This document shows, piece after piece, positions 25,101 through 37,100 of a DNA stretch of 64,000 nt. Each line of letters opens with the position of its first letter. The first letter of the stretch is position 1. Source of the DNA: Eledone cirrhosa (taxonomy: Eukaryota); NCBI GenBank assembly GCA_964016885.1, contig OZ024742.1:43338001-43402000 (forward strand), written 5' to 3'. The notes below the pieces were generated by a model. It saw nothing but the letters and a program-made list of their open reading frames with translations, was not told the DNA's origin and did not search any database. Position numbers and translations under genes: made by a program.

Positions 25101-28100
25101 GCTTGTGAGGACAGTGCAAACTTTGGACAGAGGTACTCTCAGTAAAGTCAGGGTAGGAATGGAGTTTAGTGAGGAATTCCAGATACAAGTAGGAGTACAT
25201 CAGGGTTCGGTCCTCAGCCCGCTCTTGTTCATTATAGTCCTCCAAGCCATAACAGAGGAGTTTAAGACTGGCTGTCCATGGGAACTTCTCTACGCTGATG
25301 ATCTGGTTCTTATAGCAGAATCAGTAGAGGAGCTAGAGAATAAATTCTGGCTATGGAAACAGCAGTTGGAAGCAAGAGGACTGAGAGTGAATCTAGCTAA
25401 GAAAAAAGTGTTGATGAGTAGAAAAGAGGACAAAACCCTGATTCCGTCAGGGAAATGGCCATGTTCGGTATGCAGAAAAGGAACTGGCATAAATTCTATA
25501 AAATGCACACAATGCAGATCCTGGGTACACAAGAGATGTAGCGGGATAGCAGGCAAACTAACAGGTAGGGAGAAATATGTATGCAGTAGATGTACAGGGA
25601 AATTAGACAGTAGAAGTCGCACTGATAGACACATTTTTCAAATGCAAGAGGGCGCTATAGAAGTGGTGGATAGCTTCCGGTACCTAGATCAGATTAGCAT
25701 GGGAGGAGGGTGTTCCGAGGCCATAGTATCTAGAATAAGGACGGGTTGGAAGAAGTTTAGGGAGCTGCTTCCTCTGTTGACGAAGAAGGGTTTCTCCCTG
25801 CGTACGAAAGGCCGGTTGTATGATGCCTGTGTGAGGAGCGCGATGCTGCATGGTAGTGAGACATGGGCAGCAACTGCAGAGGATATGCGACGGCTGGAGA
25901 GAAATGAGGCAAGCATGCTCCGTTGGATGTGCAGTGTAAATGTGCGTGAACGACCCAGCATAAATGTGTTGAGAGAGAAACTGTATCTGAGAGGGATAGA
26001 ATGTAGTGTACGGGAGAGGAGACTGAGGTGGTATGGACATGTGATGCGCATGGAGGATGACCGATGGGTGAAGAAGTGCCAGGAATTGCCAGTTGAAGGA
26101 AGACGTGGTAGAGGTAGACCACGAAAAACATGGGCGGAGGTGGTGAGAACAGACCTCAGATCATTGAAGCTCATAGTGGAGATGACGAGGGACCGTGACG
26201 AGTGGAGAGATGCTGTGCTGAATAAGACCTGTCCCACCCTTGCAAGCAGGGAAAAGTGGACGTAAAATGATGATGGTGATGATGATGATGATGATGCATG
26301 GGTTAGACGGGTTGATGTCCACATTGAGAGACAAGTCTGGCCAGAATTGGCCATGCCGTACCTTGTTCCGACGGGACTAAATTTGACCGGAGTTTTTACA
26401 GCCACATTTACACATTCAAATATACATGCACTCTCACATTCACACATACACACATATATACTCTTACACATTTTACATACTCACACATATTCACACACTC
26501 ACACATATATACTCCAAGCCACATCGGACACTGGAATAGATCCTTTATTTTCCTCGGTAGAAGATATTAATCTCGAAATATATGGACATAGGAATAAATG
26601 AAGGTAATAAAACAACCCCCGGTTCTTACGATTGATTTTTTTCCATCCAAACCCACATTGTCGTGGCTTTCAAACTTTGAATTCTTTAAATATATATATA
26701 CACCACACATAAAATATTCGTTCTGGATGCTCTATTCTACCTCTTTATATTGAAATTTAGTTATAAAATTTCCATGTTCAATCCTAGATTACTCGTCAAA
26801 CTATATAATTTCTGATTTTGTTTTTGTTTCCACAGAATACAATGAGTCTATTAGATTACAGATCAACCGGAAATCAAGGGCCATGTTGCGAATTTTTGAG
26901 AAAAAGTCTTTGAAATTTGAAGTCTATTATCGTAGGTATGTTGACAATTTCTATGATTCTTGCCTCAGAATCTTCTGCATAGAAAATACATCATCATCAT
27001 TTAACATCTATTTTCTCTGCTAGCAAGAGTTGGACTTGTTGTCACAGACTGTGCATTTTACTATGGCACTAATACTAGGGAAGATGTCATACCCTTTATT
27101 TATTCAGTTTTTTGCAACATAACTTTGCTGAAACATCATGCTAATGATATAAGCCTTTTCCAATTACAGGAAGGATCCATAGATGGCGTAGATAGCTTCT
27201 GCTATCTAGGGAACCTAATTAGCAGCGGAGGAGGGTGCACCGAGAGTATAATAGCTACAATAAAGATAGGATGGAAGGAGTTTAGAGAACTGCTCCCACT
27301 GCTGACAACAAAAGGTTTCTCCCTATGCTCAAAAGGGCAGCTGTATGATGCCTGTGTGTAGTGTGCTTTGTGCATGGTAGTGAAACATGGGCTGTGACTG
27401 CAGAGGACATGCGTAGACTGGAGAGAAATGAAGCAACCATGTTTTGTTGGATGTGCAATGTAAGTGTGAGAGAAAGGCAGAGTTTGGATGAGCTGAGGGA
27501 GAAGCTGAGTTTAAGAGGAATCTGAGATGGTGTGCAGGAGAGAAGACTGCGTTGGTATGGACATGTGATGTGCATGGACAATGACCGATGGGTGAAGAAA
27601 TGCCAGGAAATCCCATTGGAAGGAAGCGACAACAGAGAATGACCAAGAAAGACCTGGGTAGAGGTTATGCGAGTGGACCTCAAATAGCTAAGACTGGCAG
27701 AGGAGATGATGAAGGATGCTGTGCTGAGAAAAATCGTCCAACCCATGCAGGCATGATGTAGTATATACTGGATGCATACTATGTGTTTTAATAGCTCAAC
27801 ATATCAAACTTTACAATCAATTTTTTTTTTTACATTTTTTCCAGGGGCTTCCTTAAAAGTGATAAAGTGTTGGGTACAGTAAACATCAAACTTCAGTCCT
27901 TAGAGAACAAATGCACAGTCCATGACTCCTATGATGTAAGTTTACCACATTATATACTTGTTTATTAATTCATAATCATATTTATTACTATCATCATTAT
28001 TTAACATCTGTTTTCCATGCTAGTAACTTAATCGGAACAACTAACCTCTTAATGAGTCAGGGGCTGCATTTTGCTACATACATTCCCAAACTTTAGAGTG

Positions 28101-31100
28101 TACTGGGTGCATTTTATTATAGCACCAGCACTAAGGAGGGTGTCATATTCTTGACATACCAGAACAGTCCTTTCAATTCTTTGGCAAGTTTTCTATGGCT
28201 GGATATCCTTCCTTTCACTAACCAATCATTCTACCAATGCACTTGTTCTTCAGATGTCTGTATTCTACAGATGCACATGTTCTACTGATGTGCTCATCCT
28301 ACAGATGCAGTCATCCTACACACATTTCATATTGACAAAAGGCCATCCAATGGATTAATCCTTTCCAAATGATATTTCCATTGAAATAGTCAGACAGTGT
28401 ACCAATTAATTTTGAAAATAATCAAGAATTAGGTGTAGGTTTAGTAAAATAATTAGCTTTTGCATTATTAAGCCAATGTTTGAAACATAATTTAAAAGGT
28501 TCTTCATCATGATTTTTACATCTCTTCCTCCATGCTGGCATTGGTTAGGCTTGATTTTTTTGAGGCAGAGTTTTAACATGATGCCCTTCTAGTTGTCAAC
28601 ACTTTTCTTTGCCTCACACTGCATGCCTGTTCTAAAATATAGGATAAAATTATGATGAAATGTTACAATTTAGATTTAATTTACTTTTAAATTGTGGTTT
28701 TAGAACCAGAAGTGGTTTGGTATCAGAAAGGTTAACAAAATCTCACACATTGCAACCATTAACACATGGATACTGTTTCTTTTGTGTCTGTCTCTTTCTT
28801 TCTCACCCCCCTTTTCTTTCTACTACTACTGCTGCTGCTGCTACTACTACTACTACTACTACTACTACTGCTACTGCTGCTGCTGCTGCTGCTGCTACTA
28901 AATGAAAAAAGAAAGAGAGAGCATCCAGTTGTTAAATTGAACGACGGAAACTGTTTCCATTGGTCTTTCTTTGCTGAGCTGATACTAACTGCCAGTCACA
29001 GTTGTTGGTAGAAGTGTCAACGCTTTTCTGGTGGCAGAAGGTGGAATTTGAACTTAGAACACATAAAGCTAGAACCAACATTGCAAAACATTCCATTCAA
29101 CTCTTTAACAATTCGCTAATCCAATGCCCATGGACTAGTACTTTATTTACTCTGAAAGAATGAAAGGTAAAGTTTACCTCGGTGGGATTTGAATTCAGAA
29201 TGTAGAGAGCCAGAACAAATCCAACACTTCTCTGATGACTCAACTGTTATGCTGTGTACAGAACACACCCATATTCACCCTATTCACTCATCTACCCTCC
29301 TCATGTCATCTCTAATGTTTACACACTTGTACATACACACAAAAGAATTAACAAAACGTCCACTGTTTTTGCCTGTTTAGTTAATGGATGGCCGTAAATC
29401 AGTTGGTGGCAGGCTAGAAGTAAAACTGCGACTACGTGATCCCATAAAGAACAAACAGGTTGAAGAAATTAAGGAGAAATTGTTGATTATTGATCAGTTC
29501 TTGAGAAAAGTAAGTATATATTTCATTTCCATACCTTTATACAGGTTTTCAGCAGAGTATTGTTCAGAATGAGGAAGACAAACAAGAAATAGCAGAGTAT
29601 GATGGGAATAGAGCCAGTGATGAGTATTGTGAAGAGAACTGGAATGAAATGCTTGAAATATGTGTTGAGGAAGGATGAAAGTGATTGGGTGATGTGAATA
29701 ATAGACAGTGATGAATATTGTGAGAAATGGAATGAGATGGTTGAATCATGAGTTGGAGAAGGATGAAAGTGACTAGATGAGAGGCATGATCAAAATGAAT
29801 GTGGAAGGAAGTAGAGAATGGAGTAGACTAAAAAAAGATGTGGCTAAAAATAATGAAATGGAAGTAAGGGATTGGGTGGTGTGGAAACGATAGAGAAAAG
29901 TGGAAATGCTTGTCATAAGGCCTACAAGGCTAACCCCTGCTTTAACAGGGGTGATGGCATTAAAAGAGAAATGATTGATTTAAAACTTCAACATTCATTA
30001 AGTTCTTCTCTAGGGGCATGTTATATTACTTGTAGATGAAGCATGGTAAAATGGTACAGAAGCTCACATTGTAATCATACGGTCACAGGTTTGATTCCAC
30101 CACATGACATCTTGGGGAAGTGTCATTTATCGTGGCTTAGGTTGATTGAGCTTTGGGATTAAAATTGAATAGATGGAAACAGTTTGAAAGCCCATTTGAT
30201 GGACTGTACCTGTTATTGAAAGGGTCAACCTTGCCACAGTGAATTACTTTATGTACTCAAATTCTATGTAAATAAGGTTTGGAATTTTGCCCATTTCTTA
30301 GACTTAAAATAGTGGGGTTGGCTTATATTCGAGTATATACGGTACATTAAGAGTACACATGTCTAGAATTGCTCAACCAATTGCTTGTTAATTTTACAAG
30401 CAGGCTGTTGTGTTGATCAAACAAGAACACCCATTGTGGAGACCTACAGAGGTTTATTCCAGGTACATAACTCTGCTTGCACACACAATATATGTGTGTG
30501 TATGTGTAAACTTTGTGTGTGTGTGAACTTCAGTGGTTCTTTTTATTTTGTCTATTAATTAATTGTTGTTTTTGTTTCACCATCTTTCAGAAAACAGATG
30601 ACAGTAATACAAATGCACCATCAAATGTAAGTAACTTTTTACATTCACACATACATTGCTTTTGTTGAATTCTTATCTTGGGAAAAGTCTAACAATATAG
30701 ATGTATTTTTTACAACTTTGTTGGGGAGGAAAGGACAGTGCTTATGACCCGTGCCTTATTTTCTTTGCTTATGGTATACACTGCTAAACGCCTCTTGCAC
30801 CACTATGCTGAAGGATGTATTGTTTATAGGTGCAAACAATGTCATTGGTCCCTTTTTTATATAAACAGTGTCGACACAATGTTCATAGTGAGTGGTATAC
30901 AAATACAAACACACACATATTTAACCCTTTAACATTTACATTACTCTATATTTACTATTGTATTTTTGTGGTAAGGGCTTTACCTCACATAATTATCTCA
31001 CATAATATTGAATCTATGAGATTTTGTTATTATTTATTTTGAGAACAATACCTTAACATCAGTATGAGTGGCCAGTTACAGCTGGTTTGAATAGAAAGAG

Positions 31101-34100
31101 GTGAGAGAATTCTGGCCAGATATGGCCTGTTTAAATGCTAAAGGGTTAATGGGCTTCCTTATAGTTTCCATTTACCAAATTCTACTCACAAGACATTGGT
31201 TGGCTCAGGACTAGTAAAAGATGCTTGCTCAAGGTGCCACACAGGGGGACTGAAGGTGGAAAATGTGGTTAAGAATCGAACTTCTTAAGTGTACAACCAT
31301 GTCTACACCATATCTAATTTGGTTCATAATTAATGTTTCTGTTTTCGTTTCATTTCAGGCAGCACCAATTGTGATCCAGAAGTAAGTCAAAGAATATTTT
31401 TGTTATCTTTTCTCCTTTTGTCTTTTACTTTACCTCAGTGATTCTCAAAATAGGTGGTGCTACTGCCCCCTTTGGGGCATTAGGGGACATAAGAGGGGTG
31501 CTTGAAGGCAAGGAGTGTTAGGGTAAGTCGTTAAGAAGCAAGGAGTGGTGAGGGAGAAAAGGGGGAAATAATAGAAATTAGTACTTGCTTGAAAAACTGT
31601 CATCATCATCATCATCTAACGTCTGTTTCCCTGCTTGCAAGGGTTAGACAGGTCTACATCGACCAAGTCAGTACCATAACTGACCTCCCAGACATGCTGA
31701 GGAGTCTGTATCTCTCTTATGTACATTCTATCGAGTGCACAGAAGTTTCTTTTGACACAGACTGAAGGGTCTTCCTAACACCTTGTTTGGCAAGCTGTCT
31801 ACGTCTGTCACTTTTTAATAATTCAATAAATGCCAAAATGAAATTAAAATTTTTAATGTATAATTTTTTGTCACCTTTACAGAGGTGGGGAGGGATGGGT
31901 GGTAGTCTATAAAATTTGGGAAACTCTGCTTTACCAGATTTAAAGGATTTTTATTTCTTTTTCTTTCGTTGTAAATTTCAACTCAAAGAATAAGTTAAAG
32001 TTAAAATCTGGCTCAAGCTTAAAAACCCATCAGGCCAGAGCTTATCCAAGTTTCATGGGCATTAAGCAACTGAAAGTAACAAGTTTTCGCACTTGTCAAA
32101 ATGCCAGTCCATCATGAGGTTAGCCTGATTTTAAGCTGAGTGAACTGAAGCAATGTGAAATGAAGTGCCTTGCTCAAGGGCACAATATGCCACCTGGTTT
32201 GGGAATCAAACATTCCGGTTGTGAGCCCAACACCCTAACCATTGGGTCACACACCTTCACTATTGAAAGTATAGTCATCATCATCATTTAACATCCATCT
32301 TCCTTGCAAGCAGGGATTGGACAGGTTTTCACAGACCAAGTCAGTACCTAAGTAGAGCTGCTGGCCTCACAGATAGGCTGGGGGCCTATCTGTGAGGCCA
32401 TATCTTGCTTACATTCTTATGTTCTACAAAATGCATTTTATCATGGCACTAGCACTAAGGAAGTTGACATGTCTTTGACACAGCTGAAGAGTCCTCCCAA
32501 TTCTTTGTTTGTTTGGAAAGTTTCCTATGGTGGGGATGTGGGGTGGGAGACTGAAATTCTGGTGGTTCAGTTAAAATCCTATAGAGTGCATTTCATTATT
32601 AGAGGTAGAGGAGGTGTAAAACTAAGTACTAGTTAAATGCTGGGATGGAGTTTGTTGTGATTAATTACATTGCTACTTGCCAAAAATGTGTGGCTTTGTG
32701 CTAATGTTAGAAATCATTATTGGTGGTTATGGTTGATAGGGGTGATGGTGGTAGTAGTGGTGATGGTTGGTATTGGTGGTGGTATTGGTGGTGATGGTGG
32801 TGGTGGTGATGGTTGGTATTGGTGATGGTGGTGGTGATGGTGGTAGTAGTGGTGATGGTTGGTATTGGTGGTGGTGGTGGTGATGGTGGTGGTGATGGTG
32901 GTAGTAGTGGTGATGGTTGGTATTGGTGGTGGTGGTGGTGATGGTGGTAGTAGTGGTGATGGTTGGTATTGGTGGTGGTGGTGGTGATGGTGGTAGTAGT
33001 GGTGATGGTTGGTATTGGTGGTGGTGGTGGTGATGGTGGTAGTAGTGGTGATGGTTGGTATTGGTGGTGGTGGTGGTGATGGTGGTGGTGATGGTGATGG
33101 TGGTGGTGATGGTGGTGGTATTGGTGGTGGTGGTGGTGATGGTGGTAGTAGTGGTGATGGTTGGTATTGGTGGTGGTGGTGGTGATGGTGGTGGTGATGG
33201 TGATGGTGGTGGTGATGGTGGTGGTATTGGTGGTGGTGGTGGTGATGGTGGTAGTAGTGGTGATGGTTGGTATTGGTGGTGGTGGTGGTGATGGTGGTGG
33301 TGATGGTGATGGTGATGGTGGTGGTGATGGTGGTGGTATTGGTGGTGGTGGTGGTGATGGTGGTGTTAGTGTTTATGATTGGTTATGGTAATGGTGGTGG
33401 TAATATTGATAATGTTGCTAGGGAAAGCAGTGTCATCATTATCATTGATATCATTATTGTTATTTCAAAGAAAATATTCATGAATTGTTTTCTCTTTTAA
33501 CCCTGTTTTTTTACCCCTATTTTCCAGAAAGGGTACAGTATCCATGGAGGTTCTTAAGTTTGAAAAACAACAACTTGATAAACAGGTAACTTTCCTTAAA
33601 GTTGAACCATTTAATGTGTGTGTTCCTCTTTATACACCAAATGTGATAGATGAGAGCAGGGATAGGAAGTCCTTGATTAAAGTAATATATGTTTGGGTTG
33701 GTCATTCTTCATGATAAATTGAGGCTGGCTACAGACTGAAGGAGACTATCTGGCTTCTGGTTGTGTGGAGTGTCAGAGTAGAGAGACTTGTTTGGGGTGT
33801 GTGAGTTGGGACAGATTTCTGGTTGTGTGGTGTGTCTATTGAGAGACTTGTAGTGTGAGGTGTTTTAGTAGAGAGACTTGTGGTTGTGTGGGGTGTCTGA
33901 GTAGAGAGACTTGTGATTGTGTGGAGTGTCTGAGTAGAGAGACTTGTAGTGTGGGGTGTCTGAGTAGAGAAACTTGTAGTGTGGGGTGTCTGAGTAGAGA
34001 GACTTGTGATTGTGTGGAGTGTCTGAATAGAGAGACTTGTAGTGTGGGGTGTCTGAATAGAGAGACTTGTAGTGTGGAGTGTCTGAGTAGAGAGACTTGT

Positions 34101-37100
34101 AGTGTGGAGTGTCTGAGTAGAGAGACTTAGGATTGTGTGAGGTGTCTGAGTCGAGAGACTTGTGGTTGTGTGAGGTGTCTGAGTAGGCATATTATATTCA
34201 TACAGATATGTGTGTTAAATGTATATTAAAGTATGTGTGTACTGAACTAAGCGCTGTATTTCAATGAGTTGCTCATCAGTTTTACAATGCTACCACCATT
34301 ACTTTCAACAGTTAGCTATATTTACCATTCTAAATACCTACTTACAGGTGAGTGATCTGAACCATGAAGAAAGGTACTGACTTCTTGGTCAGTTATACAA
34401 TGCCCTCTCCACCGTACCTTATACACTCTTCACAAGCCTCATGGCATCTAGAGAGATGTATTTAATGGTGTATATATGTTGTTATGACTCACACCTTGTA
34501 TGCTTAGCCAGGTCCCCTATGAAGTTGTATATCTGATAGAAATTATCTTGGATGTTTTAATGATAGGGACCCCAATCCTTTCATTGTATCATAAATACAG
34601 GGTGTACCCCAAAAATGTATACACACTTTAACAGCATTCTAATAAATATGTGTATACATTTTTGAGACATCATCATCATCATCATTTTACGTCCACTTTT
34701 CCCTGCTTACAAGGGTGGGACAGGAACTGATTCTGGCTTGATTTCTACAGCTGGTGCCCTTCCTAACCCCAACCTCATTTACAGTGAGTGCTGGGTGCTT
34801 TTTGCCGTGGCACCTACACGACCACTTTGCAGTGGAATGATAGGGACCCCAGTCCCTATCATCTCATTTCTACTGCTGACTAAACTGGAGCAATGTGAAA
34901 TAAAGTGTCTTGCTCAAGGAAACAACACATCACCCGGTCTGAGAATTGAACTCACAACGTTTCGATTGCAAGGCCAATGCTCTAACCACTAAGCCATGTG
35001 CCTCCTTGAGACACCCTGTATATATACATTAATATAAAGGAAAGTATAAACCCAACCGCGATCCCTAGCGGTTTCGGCTTGTATGTTGCAAGCCTTCTGA
35101 AGGTGTCATGATTAGGTTTACGCCTTGCTTTATACCCAGTCTGCTACTTCCCATGCATAGAGTTCTACCCTGACTTGTGGTCTTCCCGGTTTCAGCACCA
35201 AAAACTTTATATATATATATATACATACATATATACCAAGGCATATAAATTGATGATATATATACTCATTGTGTTGGTTTGTTACAGATTTCTCATCTAA
35301 AGGATAATTTAAACCCGTCCCAGTTACAAGCGCTAACCAACAAAAGTAAGCTGTTACAAGAGAAATTACTGAGGGAGCAGGAACACATGAAAACTGGAGG
35401 AACAAACTATTGGAAAGGTAACTTCTCTTTTTTTTATGTTGTTCTTGTTATTTGATATTGTTTGTAGGCTGGAAAGAACCTTTGAAAGCTTCTCTACTGC
35501 TTCTGTGAAGTGTGAAGTGGGCGACATTAGGAAGAACATCCAGTCATAGAAACCATGCCAAAATATGAAGTGAATGAGCAAGATGTGGTCCTCTGGCCCA
35601 TCTAATCTTGGACTGGGATGACACATCCAATTTATACCATGGAAAATGGTCATAAAATGATTGCTGTCATAATCTTTGTTTTGTTGTTGTTCTGCCAATC
35701 TTATACATAACAGAAGTATGAAATACTATCTGCTAAAACCCATTATTAGATAGAAATTCAGACCTCATTTCTTCGTGCAATTGCTGTACATGTAATTCAC
35801 TGCAACATTTTCTTCTTGTAGATTTATTGGACAGGTAAAATCTCTTTATAATTCAAAAAAACATTACTTCTTCAAACTTAAAAAGTTATGTGTTTCTTTA
35901 CAAGTAGACACATACACACATACACACACGCATATATATATATATGTTATTATTATTTATTATTTCCCACAATTGAAATTAACGATTGAAAATATGCTTC
36001 CATCTCCTAAAGTCACCCATTTCCCTCCCGCTCACCCCCGGGCGATCACAATTGATGGAAGCTACGGAGTAGGTAGATCAAAAAAGTCCTGGGACTAGGT
36101 GATAAAAGCTAACTTTGCACACTTGCACCTCTCTAAGACAATGACACAGGATCGAGATCTTTAGTGCTGTGCAGTAATACAGAAGACCCGCCTTCCCTTG
36201 CGTACAGACTTAAATCTACACTCAGTAGACACCTGTTAATCCAATATACACCCCACCTCCCTCCCACTTCCATCCGTACTCTGTAAAGTTATGTTGGTAC
36301 CACAAAATATCCAGCCCACACTGTAAAGAGTAACTCGTGGTCACCTGACCTGGCCTATCGCACAACAGGCCAACTCGTCTACCACATGCTAGCGTGGAAA
36401 AATGGACGTTAAACAGTGATGATGATGATTGGAAGAGCATCCAACCGTAGAAAACTTGCCAAACAAAGCATCAGAAAGACTCTTCACTTATATCAAAAAT
36501 ATGACAACTTACTTGGTACTGGTGACACAATAGAAAGCACTTGGTGCAATTTGTAGAGTGCTGGAGCATATCAAGGCAGGAATTGAGTTCCCGGCCTGGA
36601 TGTGAGCCCCAGACCATCTGGGAGGCTGATGGCTCCAATTATGTGCTAACTTGGTCTGCAACAACCCACCCAACTCTTGCTAGCAGGGAGAACGGATATT
36701 AAATGATGATCATATACTTTATTATTTGTTTCAGAATACGTTGGCTACATAGAGAAAGATATGAAGTCTTATGCTGTTGAAGCCCAAGTTTTAGCCAAGA
36801 GAGGAGACATACAGAAGGCACATATTATGATGACAAAGAAGAAACTGGTAGAGAAAGAGGTCAGTTTACTTGTATTTTTTGTTGATTTTGTATTCACACA
36901 CACATCTTTATCTTCTTCCACTTATTCCTCTGATTGTCATGAGGGCAGAATCCCAGGGCACACCTTCCAGAAAGTGCTATCAGAAGCAACCAATTCTAAT
37001 TGATTTGGCTGGATCCCCAACTGAAACCAACCGAGGTTGTGGATATTAGCCAACATCTAACTTGTGGTCTCCCTCTGTATCTCCTGCCAGTTGGCTTTGC

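Noticed and set aside
33055-34190. Val/Gly-rich and Thr/Ser-rich repetitive ORFs
   Set aside because: Translations of the GGT array and the minisatellite.
35822-35834. Possible 13-nt micro-exon (tgtag|ATTTATTGGACAG|gtaaaa)
   Set aside because: It would shift the frame; the flanking exons already join in phase.
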